DNA of 64,000 nt from Cyanophora paradoxa CCMP329. Taxonomy: Eukaryota; Plantae; Glaucophyta. The translations under genes were made by a program, and so were the position numbers. Of this stretch, positions 52,876 to 64,000 are shown in pieces. Below the pieces are notes generated by a model. The model saw only the letters and a program-made list of their open reading frames with translations. It did no database searches and had not been told where the DNA came from. The stretch covers positions 186,001-250,000 of the forward strand of contig QPMI01000494.1 of the NCBI GenBank assembly GCA_004431415.1, read 5' to 3'. Positions within the stretch are counted from its first letter, which is position 1. Each line of letters starts with the position of its first letter.

Positions 52876-55800
52876 TCGTCGCGGGACCGGGCGGGACCGG
52901 GTCCCACTTTTTGGGGTTTCGCGATCGAACCGGGGTATAAATACCGGAATTGATTCTGGAGAGAAATTCGATTTTCGGTCGACGCCCACGGGAGAGCGGT
53001 CGTCTTAGGGGAGCCAGGGTCGAAATTGATTCATGACAGTTCTCGAGATTGCAGCGTACAAGTTCGAGATTCGATCCACGAGAGAGAGTGGATGGAAAGT
53101 CGCGTGATGTCATCGTCGAGGTGAGTGCGTGAATTGATTCAGGACGGGTACTGGGCGAACATGCGGGACGGACATTACAGGGAGAGAACAGGGGGGCAAA
53201 GCCTCAGCGGCCCCTTACATGCCCCTGCGGGTCCCAAACATCGGGCGAAGCCTCAGCGGCCCTCTTCGCGCGCCCCTTTTTCATCGCGACCCGTCGTGGC
53301 TGTCGGTGGCCTGGCGGGGCAGGGAGAGGGGAGGGGAGGGCTGCTGAGAGGGAATATAATTATGGGGGGAGTTGTCCTGAGTGGAGTTGTCCTGAGAGAA
53401 TATAATTTTGGAATTAGGGGAATTGGTGAGAATATAATGAGGGGAGGAGTGGTGCTGCCAATCAGCTAGCTAGGTGTAGTTGAGCTCGAGGCCCTGAGGA
53501 AATTGAGAGGAGAGCGTTGAGGGGAGGGGCGAGATTCTCGCGGCCAGGGGCATGCGCAGGGTTTATGAATCGCTTAAATAGATCCTCAGATGCATACAGG
53601 ATCGATGTCCAGGGCTGAGGAGGCGAGGGCGCGCGGAAATATGTGCAGGCCTGTCCAGGATCGAAAATTTGGCGTCGGCTGGGTTCTCGTGCTCTTTCGC
53701 GCCCAGAGAGCTTGCGAAAAGGTTTAAAAAGCTCTCAAATGAATATTGTAGCGATGGGCACGAGTGGAGATGCGAGGATGCGCGGAAAGATGCACAGGTC
53801 CGTCCAGGATCGAATTTTTGGGGTCGGCTGAGTCCTCGCGGCCCGGCGCATTTAGAGACCGTGCGGAAGGCTTCGTCTACATCTCAGATTCTTATACTAT
53901 CGATTCGCGCATGCGCCGCGGCGTCTGTGCGCCGAAAGATGCCCAGGGCTGTGCAGGATCGAATTTTTGATGTCGGGCACCTTCCTGCACTGTTCCGGCT
54001 CCGGAAAGCGGATGTCTGGAGTGCGCAGGCCCTGCTATGTCTATGCGCGCCAGTACGCATCGATTGCGTGCGCCGGTGGACCGGGCGGGACCGGCAGGAT
54101 CAAAATTTCGGCCGAGTCTTCCGACTGGAGCGTCCGCCGCGGCCGAAATCGAGCTTGCCGCGATGCGCGCGCTCTCGGCTGTTATTCTGACCGCTCTGGG
54201 GCGTCTCTGGCGTGCTTTCGTCGCGGGACCGGGCGGGACCGGGTCCCACTTTTTGGGGTTTCGCGATCGAGCCGGGGTATAAATACCGGAATCGATCCTG
54301 GAGGGAAGTTCGATTTCGCGCGACGCCCACGGGAGAGCGGTCGTCTTGGGTAAATTCTAGGGGAGCTATGAGTGCGAAAATAGATCAATGGAGCCGTGTA
54401 ACTCTGTGTGACGTCGGAGATCGTTCGCCTTCATTGCGGAGGTTGCGAATCTGGACGCTCGGACCAATCGGACTCGAGTGGAAAAAAAATAGATGGGGAC
54501 GTTCACCATCGACCAACGGACAAGCCCTGGGCCCCTGCGGGTCCCAAACATCGGGCGAAGCCTCAGCGGCCCTCCTCGCGCCCCCCTTGTTCATCGCGAC
54601 CCGTCGCGGTTGTCGGTGGGGTGTCGGGGCAGGGAGAGGGGAGGGGAGGGCTGGTGAGAGGGAATATAATTATGGGAGTAGTTGTCCTAGCTGGGAGGAG
54701 CTGTCCTGAGAGAATATAAGTATTAAATTACGGGAATTGGTGCAGCTGAGAGCGAATTAATATAATGAGTGGAGGAGTGGTGCTGCCATATGCATGCAAT
54801 TAGCTAGGGAATATAATTATGGGAGGAGTTGTCCTGAGAGGAGCTGTCCTGAGAGAATATACTTATGTAATAAGGGGAATTGCTGCAGCTGAGGGAGAAT
54901 ATAATGAGAGGATGAGTGGCCATGGTGCTGCCAATCAGCTAGCCGTAGTTGAGCTCGAGGTCCTGATCATGGGGAAATTGAGAGGAGATTGTCAAGGGGA
55001 GGGGCGAGGTTCTCGCAGCCAGGCGCATGCGCAGAGCTTGCGAAACGCTTAAACAGAGTCTCGAATGCATACAGGATCGATGTCCAGGGCTGCGGAGGCG
55101 AGGGCGCGCGGAAATATGTGAAGGCATGTCCAGGATCGAAATTTTGGCGTCGGCTGGGTTCTCGTGCTCTGTCGCGGCCGCAGAGCTTGCGAAAGGCTTC
55201 GTTTAGATCTCAAATGATTACTGTAGCGATGGGCATGGGTGAGGACGCGAGGGCGCGCGGAAAGATGCACAGGTCCGTCCAGGATCGAATTTTCGGGGAC
55301 GGCTGGGTCCTCGCGGCCCGGCGCATTTAGAGACCGTGCGGAAAGCTTCTTCTACATCTCAAATGCTTATACTATTGCTCTGCGCATGCGCCGCGGCGTG
55401 GGCGCGCGGAAAGTTGCCCGGGGCTGTGCAGGATCGAGTTTTTGACGTCGGGCACCTTCGTGTGCTGTTCCGGCTCCGAAAAGCGGATATCTGGAGTGCG
55501 CAGGCCCTGCTATGTCTATGCGCGCCAGTACGCATCGAATGCGCGCGATGTTGGACCGGGAGGGACCGGCAGGATCAAATTTTGGGCCGACTCTCTGGAC
55601 TGGAGCTTCGAGGGCGGCCGAAATCGAGCTTGTCGCGATGCGCGCGCTCTTGGCTGTCATTCTGACCGCTCTGGGGCGTCCCTGGCGCGCTTTCGTCGCG
55701 GGACCGGGTCCCACTTTTTGGAGTTTCGCGATCGAACCGGGGTATAAATACCGGAATCGATCCTGGAGGGAAATTCGATTTTCGCGCGACGCTGATGGGA

Positions 55801-55942
55801 GAGCGGTTCGCTGGGTACCAGTCACGTCTATGTCACGTCGGAGACCGGTCGCCTTCAGTGCGGAGGTTGCGAACCTGGACGCTCGGACCAATCGGACTCG
55901 AGTGGAAAAAAATAATTTCGCCCGTTCACCATCGACCTACGG
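52876..55942. repeat. Tandem higher-order repeat: about 2.2 copies of a 1.34-1.47 kb unit containing diverged ~149-bp monomers
   Basis: Marker gtcccactttttgg.gtttcgcgatcga.ccggggtataaataccggaat at 52901, 54243, 55708; inner marker caggatc(g/a)a at 53656, 53805, 53954, 54095 and 55131, 55280, 55429, 55570. Confidence 0.92.
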
Positions 55943-56013
55943 AAGAGGCTTCGCCCGAAGAGGCTTCGCCCGAAATTGGCAGGGCTAACTTAGAAGTTTT
56001 TTTGCGTTTTCAT

Positions 56014-57921
56014 TAACATTATTACGTATTTTTTTGCAAAAGCCCAACCGGGCAATCATTGAATGTTCGTATTAAGGACAACAACAGCCGCCCCGTCGCT
56101 TTCATCGACTGGGGGGGCGCCTAGGCTAGCTCTGAGGCTCTGCGGCATAGAGGGAAGACGTCCTGCTATCCTATCCTAGCTGTGAGCTATCGATCTGAGC
56201 TATCCTGATGCGTTGGTGTCCTTGGCCCTGTGGAGAAGGGGGGGAGGGGGGAGGCGAGGCGCACGGGGTGCTGGAGGTCGGCGGGGGGCGAGGCGTAGGG
56301 AGGGAAAGAAGGGCAGGGAGTGGGGTACACGGAGCGCAGGAGGGTGGCGGGGGTGAGGCGCTGGAATCGGGGAGCTCGGGGGCGGGCGGGGCGGGGCGCT
56401 GGGGGCGGCGGGGAAGGGCGCAAGGGAGCGGCGGGGCACTAGGGCGGCGGGGCGCTGAGAGGGGTGGCGGGGAAGGGCGCTGGGGGCGGCGGGGCGCTGG
56501 GGGCGACGGGGAAGGGCGCGGGAGAGCGGCGGGGCACTAGGGCGGCGGGGCGCTGAGAGGGGTGGCGGGGGCGGGACGCTAGAGGGCGGCCGGGCGCTGG
56601 GGGGCGACGGGGAAGGGCGCAAGGGAGCGGCGGGGCACTAGGGCGGCGGGGCGCTGAGAGGGGTGGCGGGGAAGGGCGCTAGAGGGCGGCGGGGCGCTGG
56701 GGGCGACGGGGGAAGGGCGCGGGAGAGCGGCGGGGCACTAGTGCAGCGGGGCGCTGAGAGGGGTGACGGAGGCGGGACGCTAGAGGGCGGCGGGGCGCTG
56801 GGGGCGACGGGGGAAGGGCACGAGAGAGCGGCGGGGCACTAGGGCGGCGGGGCGCTGATAGGGGTGGCGGGGGCGGGGCGCTAGAGGGCGGCGGGGCGCT
56901 GGGGGGCGACGGGGGAAGGGCGCGAGGGAGCGGCGGGGCACTGGGGCGGCGGGGCGCTGAGAGGGGTGACGGGGGCGGGGCGCTAGAGGGCGGCGGGGCG
57001 CGGGGGGGCGACGGGGGCGAGGTGGGCGAGTAGGAGTGTGGCGCACCGAGGGGCGGCTGGGGGCGGAGGCAGCAAGCGCCGGGGCGCTGCGGCTGGGTTC
57101 AGGCGGAGAGCCGGCTCGGGGGTCGGTTCCGGGTGAGCCTCGTCTGGCTCGGGGGAGTCCGGGCGTGCTCGCTTCAGCACCGTCCCCGGGGGAGAGTCCG
57201 GGTGGGCGCCCTTGGGCCCAGTCCGCGGAGGAGAAGGGGCGGGGGCATGGGCCCGCGGGGCCTGGGCTGAGGAGAGGAGGGAGCTGGCGCGGCGGCTCCG
57301 GTGTTCGTCTGCGGGCGGCGCAGTGCGCGGTCAGCTTCTGCGAGGCGCGTTCGAGGCGCGGCAGCGGCGGCGTGCGACGGCGGGCGCGTCGTCCACAAGG
57401 GAGCTGGTGTCTGGCGTTGGGCGTTTGATGTTTGCTGCGTGGCGGGCAGTTGGCGTTGGGCGCGAGTAAGTGTCCGGGTCGGGGCGCAGTGCGCGGGCGT
57501 GTTGGGAACCCGGGCGAAGGCTAGGCGGCAGTTCATGCGCTTTAGAGTTCATATCTTCTATCGGGCGAGGCAGTGCGCTGGCCGTGTGCTCCGCGCGGGG
57601 CGCGGGTGGGGTCCATGGAATTCAAAAAATGGCACGGCGAGGTCTGTGGCGCGTCTTGTCGCTCCGGGGGCGGGCTGTCGGCTCCGGCGGTTGCGCTAGG
57701 TGATGCTATGATTGTGTCGGCTGTCTGCGCGTGCTCGGCTGGCCTGGCTAGCGCTATCGGGCTACAGGGGTCGGGCGGAGCTGGCGCGCGACTTTCCGGG
57801 CAGCTAGACATGCAGCGTTATCAGGCACCCACGGGTGGGAAGGCCTGGCCCGCCGCGCCGCCGTAGTCGTCGCGCTACCGCAAGTTTTCCGTACCCCTTC
57901 ACCCCTAACATTATTACGTAT
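56014..57921 (-). mobile_element. ~1.9-kb retroposed-type insertion flanked by a 15-16 bp target-site duplication, with a short poly(A) on the minus strand
   Basis: taacattattacgta(t) at 56014 and 57906; T7 run (56029-56035) immediately inside the left copy; no RT or transposase motif seen. Confidence 0.6.
56390..57015. repeat. G-rich ~100-bp minisatellite, about 6 copies
   Basis: Marker ggggcact(a/g)g at 56433, 56531, 56632, 56732, 56833, 56935 (period 98-102); unit built of gggcggcggggcgctg subrepeats. Confidence 0.92.
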
Positions 57922-57929
57922 ATATATAT

Positions 57930-58430
57930 ACGTTTAGTCCAATCACAATTGATCAATCGCCAACCAATTCGATAAAAGGATCTGCAGCTGTGTCCGCGGC
58001 CCATCGATATCAATGGTCCATCGATATCCGATGATCATGGGCCATATGAATGATGGACCGCGTTGGACAGGCTGGGAGTCCTCCGACTCGGGAGTCGGGA
58101 GTGGGGACATGTACAGGGCCTACTACTACAGGCTCCCGGACAGCGGCTGACGTGACAGTACCAGTGACGTCGCGAGTCTCGCGACGCGCTGGCGCGGCGT
58201 CGCCTGGCGAAGGAAATTGTTTTATGACAAGTTTTTTTTTATGGTTTTTCATTAGATAAGGTTGCAACCGGCCGACCGGCCGGCCGCGGGCGCCGGCGGC
58301 CGCGGCCACTTGACGGAAAGTAACTTAGTAATATTGTTTTCTTTGAAGTTTTTTTACGTTCGGAAATTCTTCATTGAAAGTTTTTTACGTTTAGTCCAAT
58401 CAAAATCAATCAATCGCCTGCCAATCCGAT
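57930..58430 (+). repeat. Duplicated ~45-bp CCAAT/TCAAT-rich block
   Basis: acgtttagtccaatcacaattgatcaatcgccaaccaattcgat (57930) vs acgtttagtccaatcaaaatcaatcaatcgcctgccaatccgat (58387). Confidence 0.8.
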
Positions 58431-59315
58431 ATCGATGAAAGATGGATATCGATCGATCGGCTGCCAATCAAAACATCGGTATTTTCGAAAATCAGTTCCG
58501 CTACAGGCTAGTACTAGTAAGTGTTCGTATACGCTAGCGCTTACTACTGCCGCTTAGAGCCTTACACCAGTACACTGTACACCGTACACGTACTACCGTG
58601 TAAGACTGTGTAACACAATATTAATTCGCACGATATGAGTTCGGAATTCGTTTTCGAACCCGGCCCGGGCGGGCCGGGCCGGCCGGACCCCGACCATAGT
58701 AATTAGTTTGGTCTCAAATAACAGCGTGACAGCGTGCGGCGTGCCACCATCATGGCATGGCCAGTGGCCACACTGCCACGGTCACGGACCGAACGGAGTC
58801 GACATGACTCGGTGAGTCGACGTCGACGGTGACACGACGTTGAGACTCTGAGACGCCTACCGTAGACTGCCGTAGTACGAGCCTCGCCAGGCTCGATCGG
58901 CGGCCGCGCGGCCCCGGGCGGCGGGCCGGCGGTGGGGCCGGCCCATCGAGGCGCCGAGGCTCCCGGGTCCGAGACTCCGAGATCCGAGCTTCATAAATCA
59001 TGATCGAGATTCGAGATACTGTAGAACGGAAAATATAGGCGAGCAGGCGCGGGGGGCGGGGGCCTCCGCTGGCGCCCGCTAAGGGAGGGTTCGGCCGGCA
59101 CCCGCAAATAATAACAGTACCGTAAAACAGCTATTTTCACAAATCCGCAAATATTTCTGTACCGCTAATATTACCCGAAGTCCAGTATATCAGGCCCCAA
59201 TGCCGGCGTTATGCCGCCCCATAGACTGGGCCATAGTCAGGGGATTCAGGGCCTCCGACAATGGCCTCCGGCATGATTCGGCAGTGAAATCGAGTGAATC
59301 CCGGAGTCCAGCGCT

Positions 59316-59859
59316 CACTTGATTACCACGATACCAAATTACCGCACCGAAATCTTGACATAACTCGGAAATTTGGTACCGCGCTAGCGCTTATTCTTGA
59401 TCTCCGCTGGGAAGTTGTCTCATCATGGCATATGCATACAGTACCCTCCGAATTACCGCCCCATAACGTGGAAATTTGGTACCGCGGTATTTTGCTCAAT
59501 AGAGGGCAGGGTTTTATAACGCGGTTATTCAAACCTCGGTAATTTAGTGCCCGACGGTTTAGTACCGTACTACCGTAGCCAGGTCCGTAAGGCACTAATT
59601 ATAAATTACTGCGGCGTAAATTAACGCGGGGTCAAACCTGGCCCTCCGTTGAGCGAATTCGAAATACGTGTATACCGCGGTACCAAAGTGGCGCGGTGTA
59701 AAACTTGAAAGTTTGAGGCTTGTATGCGGCGGTAATTGCGGGGGATATATACTGTATGGGGCACCTCAGCAGCACTGCGGCAGAGAAATAACGCGATACC
59801 GAATTAACGCGGTGAGCCCGGATTTCGGCGCGTTAATTTGGTACCGCGTTAGTTAAGTG
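59316..59859. mobile_element. Foldback/MITE-like element with long imperfect inverted repeats
   Basis: Left cacttgattaccacgataccaaattaccgcaccgaaatc matches the reverse complement of 59821-59859 (cacttaactaacgcggtaccaaattaacgcgccgaaatc) at 32/39 positions; similarity continues inward; non-coding and rich in (g)taccgcg motifs. Confidence 0.7.
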
Positions 59860-60753
59860 CCCGCGGTACTGAAGTGCCCGCGGTATTTCCGGATCCTGAT
59901 ATCGATAGCCTAGTGAATACTGGAGTCGGGAAATAGTGAATAATGAAAATTTCAGGATTGTATGGGGCAGTAATTCAGGAGGGTACTATACGAGGCCGCT
60001 TCCCATAAGGGAATCTTAGTGATGCCTTTCGGTCCACTAATTTCGAGCTCCACTAATTTTCAGCGTCCAGTACTAATTGTCAGCTGCAGCTATCATCGCC
60101 GATTTATCGGGCCTTCTCGTTACCAGTATGGTAGCTATAGAGGTCCACACTGACTCCACAGTGACTCCACGTGCACGTGCACGTGCACAGTGACAGCTGC
60201 AGGCCGGCCCGGCGGGCATCATCATGATCATGGCCATGCATGGATCATCATATCGGAATCATGCATGCTATATATATATGTATGTATATATTATATATAG
60301 TATGATATGGCCTCATTGGCCCGGTGCGCGCGGCATGCGTCCGCCGTGCGTGTACAGTGTATACGTACATGCCGTAGGCACAGCCGCGTAGGCAGTGCTA
60401 GGCACAGCCACGGCCCACTGCAGCAAAGTTACTTAATTATACCAGTGCCCCAAGGCACTGCGGCAACGTTACTGGTGTAAAACCGTGTAATTAACGTTGC
60501 CTCACTGAGTCAGTTGAGCAGCTGCAGCTTTCCGGAGTCAAGGCTTCCCATCGCGGCGTCGCGGCGTCGGCCAGTAAAGCGCCGCCAGCTGCAGCGGCCA
60601 GCGACGGCCCGCCGACGGGCGCCGACGGCCAAGCGTCCTGTGGTGACTTTGGTGGCTGGCAGCATCTGGGCGTGTTAACGTTTGGGCGTGGTTTGAGAAC
60701 CTAGGGGTGGCCCTCAGTGTTTGCGTCTGATCGCTGTCCAGCTGCAGCGAAGC

Positions 60754-63299
60754 ATGGCGCCGCGCGGCAACTTTTCGCGATCCGCCTGGAGTTCGCGCCT
60801 CCTAGCGGCGGCAGCGCTAGCGGGCGCCGTCATCCTTGTGATGGTTGCTGCCCTAGGCCTCGCGACACTCGTCGCGGCGGCGTCGGAGCCTTCGACGATA
60901 TCGATCCCGATTTCCGGCGTGGCGCATGCGCGCGCGGAGCAGCGCGGCCATGCCACCCTTAGAAGGCGCCTCCTCGCGATCGCAGAAAACACGACCGTCA
61001 GCCTGGGCAGTGCTACGCCAAAAACCGGCCCCGAAAAGCTGGCCAAAGACATGGGTTCGCACCTTCACTCGTTTATCGCTAGTACTTCGGATTGCGATCA
61101 GTTGTTCGGCTTGTCGCTACATGGTTGATATGCTGTGCGACTGATTCGCCATTGCGCCGGCCGCATGCGCAGGGCGCAGCGGCGCTTCGGGCAGACCCGA
61201 CAAAATGCACTCAAATGGCCAGCCAGGAACTAAAGGCAAGCGGTCCCGAGAATCGCCGTACAATTTTGACCAAAATGACCGATTCGACTTTCCCAGCTAT
61301 TCTGTCAACGTATACACTATCAACTGGGTGAGCAATTTCAAATACGACGCCCGGCGCCCTCTTGGGCCTATAGCTAGGCCTAGGCCTGGGACTCTTGTCT
61401 AAACATGCGATCGGCAGAACGACCGGAACAGACGGCGATGGAACAGACTCCGCGGCGCTCACCGATGCAAACGGGAAAGGCTACATTGGTGAGAATATGC
61501 AAATTTCACGGTGTTTATTCAATGCGCACATACTTATATTTACACTTCGGATTCTTCTTTATATTTCAGGATCCTGGGCCGTTGAGACCTGTAGATACGT
61601 GAATAATGGAAATTCAAGAAGATGCACGCAAGTGGTCAAAGACAATGCTATCAAGCAGTACGATGGGGTCGACGGCTTTACAGGCGATTACACTCAGTGG
61701 GTGCGGGGTCCTCAGCGTGACTGGTGCAATCACGATTTGTTTGCGTAAACGATCGAATGGATATCTTTAAATTTACGATCGTCTGCAGGTATTGGTGGGC
61801 ATTTCAAATTCGTAATGATCATGATCAGATCTCTAGGCTCCATATGCATGCAGCAGACTCATTGAATCAGCAGCCACTCTGAAAAGCCCTGCGCAGGTGC
61901 CAGACATACACGAACATCCCCGTTAACGCAAGTAGCGTGCGTTCTTGTGAATACGTACATCTCTAGCCTGCGATCTGTTCGTGGTGGAAGAGCATTTGTA
62001 AACGCTTCATGATCAGTCGTATTCTTGCGATGGCGCAGGTCTACTGGACCATGTATTTTCCGGATACCAAGCGCAGCTTCAACCACGCAACTCGTACGTT
62101 CAGCGCAGACGAGGAATCGGGCATCGAATTCCAGGTGATCCCTCTAGATCTCGATGCCCGACTTATCGTTTCAATGCTGAATCCGAGCGCGCGTCAATAA
62201 TCCCATCGGAAATACGATCTGTTCTGATTGCATTTTGAGAGCAGCGGCCACAAACCTTCTGCGCACGCTGTCATTATATTCAGAATGCTTTTTGCAGGTG
62301 TCATTCGTCCGCTACACAAGAACACAATCATACGATGACTTCGCGAAATCGTGGCCTGTTCCACTTACGGTGCCCGAAAAATGCCATAAAAATCCATCGC
62401 AGCTTCTTGCGATAAATACTGATCGTCATGGCGTTTTTTTATCTTGCGCAGGTCAGCCCTAGGAGCTATCCGCTGATTCGTGACTGCGGTAACAACATCA
62501 GTATTATTCGACGCTTGCTTTTGCCTCGCTCTTATCGTGCGCGCTCGGATTCTGCGAACCTCCACAGCTCGTGTCACTGTCAACACGGCCGACCGTTGGT
62601 CGACCACCAATACCCTGGACGTATACGCAGAATGTTCGGTTCGCGGATATATTCGTCTCGTGCATAGATCGACGAGCTTACATCTTATAATTACCTTCAA
62701 CAGGCTCCCATCACGCTGAATGAAGGGGTGCGCTTCTTACGAACAGATTACATAATTATGCGATCCCACAACTACTCATCACCGACAAAACTCTAGTGGT
62801 GCCTTCGGATCAATCGTACCGACGGCGGCCTGTTCTCCGTAAGTTGCGAATTGCTGTGTATTTGAAAGCTGCATATCCTGAGTTTCAGCCAGATGGCGAT
62901 GAATTCGTTTGGGATCGACAATAACAACAATAATGGTGGGCCCGTGCCCCCCTTCCCTGAACACAATCGCAACTCGAGTAACGCGAGGTCCGCGCAGCAA
63001 TGCAGACGCACGCTGTCACCGCGACGACCAATTGGATGAGCGGCTCCGGGGCTGTGAGCGACCACATGGCAGCGCAAATGGGTTGGTTGGGGAAGAGGAG
63101 CCTCAGACTTCGGCCGAAGGCCGGATGCGATGGACTATCAGGGTCCTATCCATGCGGCAATGGGAATGAAAATCCCAGCTCCTACAAACCGCTCGTGGGC
63201 GGATCGCAATTTCCAAGGCACGCATTTTTAGACTTCGAATTCTGTTTTTGTTTCTAGACTTCTGATATCTGCGACGTGACGGCTTCAACAGATGGTTAG
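60754..63299 (+). CDS. Multi-exon secreted (pre-pro) protein of unknown function, in lower-GC DNA
   Basis: MAPRGNFSRSAWSSRLLAAAALAGAVILVMVAALGLATLVAAA (signal/anchor), RRRLL processing-like motif; exons GSWAVETCRYVNNGNSRRCTQ.., VYWTMYFPDTKRSF.., GCDGLSGSYPCGNGNENPSSYKPL|TSDICDVTASTDG*. Some junctions near 61700-61900 could not be resolved. Confidence 0.55.
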
Positions 63300-64000
63300 G
63301 CCACGGCATCGGCGAGGTCATGTTTTCGGTGATCCGTCCCCGCATGGAACTCTGCAGTGTTCGTAAATTAAAGCTGCAACTTACTCGAGCGTTAATCAGC
63401 ATCCCATGAGAGATAGAATTGCGAGCTCCCGCGAAACAGCCGAGTTTCCTTGGGTAACGACGGAGGAATATGTTGTTCGTGCGTGAAAACAGCCCTTGCA
63501 CTGCAATTGCAAGCTTGCGTCGCTTCTGCGCGACGAGTTTTAATTTGGAAAACAGGTCAAACTTTCATGGATTTCAGGTTCGAATTGTTTCTGGTCGCGT
63601 GAATGGGTCTTCTGTCTACTGTCACAGTGTGTCACGGATGACGAGAATCGCACAGGCCCCTCTTCGAAATTCGGGGAAACCTCGCTGTGTCTCTTCCCGA
63701 GCCTGGAGCATACGACGCGAGGGTTATGTCGGTTGATGGAAAGTCAAATGATACGTACATTGTGCGGCCGTTCCGATCTGCGACCTCAACAGAGGCTCTC
63801 TAGTTACAACTCTCATGCTCAGGTCACTCGGTACATCTTGACGGCAATCCACGACAAAGAAGGCACAATAGGCAGTCTAAGTCTTGCACCTGATTCCTGG
63901 TGGGCGTTTAAATACTTAATCATACTTAATGCGGGCTAACGCTGCTATAGGCCGCATGCCTACACGCATCCTCGTAAGAGCGCAATTGGACTAATGGTGG

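Noticed and set aside
53600-55600. CRISPR-like regularly spaced repeats
   Set aside because: Intervening sequences are homologous to each other rather than unique spacers, the period is ~149 bp, the context is eukaryotic and there are no cas genes.
52876-55942. rDNA spacer, 5S, snRNA or SL-RNA array interpretation (Sm-like AATTTTTGG, TATA box)
   Set aside because: No recognisable 5S, U snRNA or rRNA sequence; the Sm-like string is part of the diverged 149-bp monomer. An Infernal/Rfam scan would be decisive.

Overview
Intron-dense, GC-rich eukaryotic nuclear DNA with short (about 60-100 nt) spliceosomal introns and an unusual number of GC-AG donors. A Phe-containing transit-peptide-like leader (MPPAFAG) and a cyanobacterial-type kinase suggest a primary-plastid alga, possibly a glaucophyte such as Cyanophora (inference only). 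Genes reconstructed by manual splicing, in order: (1) a giant, 5'-truncated surface receptor (Ig/Big-like repeats, N-glycan sequon array, IPT/TIG, PKD-like domains, multi-pass TM region, disordered tail; to 16150, +); (2) a Cys-rich type I membrane protein (+); (3) proline iminopeptidase (-) with an internal lesion; (4) a putatively myristoylated tandem-PAS protein with a FixL-type heme PAS and no output domain (+); (5) an auxilin-like J-domain protein (+); (6) protein phosphatase 5 (-); (7) an F-box protein (+); (8) a receptor-like kinase built from a cyanobacterial Pkn2/Spk-type zinc-ribbon+kinase module (-); (9) a MATA/ROX1-type HMG-box factor (+); (10) a degenerate duplicated gene region. 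These are followed by a repeat block (1.3-1.5 kb higher-order repeat with ~149-bp monomers, a 1.9-kb insertion with TSD and poly(A), a foldback MITE) and a lower-GC secreted-protein gene. Best candidates for new biology: the cyanobacterial-kinase receptor, the output-less heme-PAS sensor, the giant adhesion-type receptor, the nucleosome-length higher-order repeat, and pervasive self-complementary microsatellites and templated duplications. All gene models are by eye and need RNA-seq confirmation.
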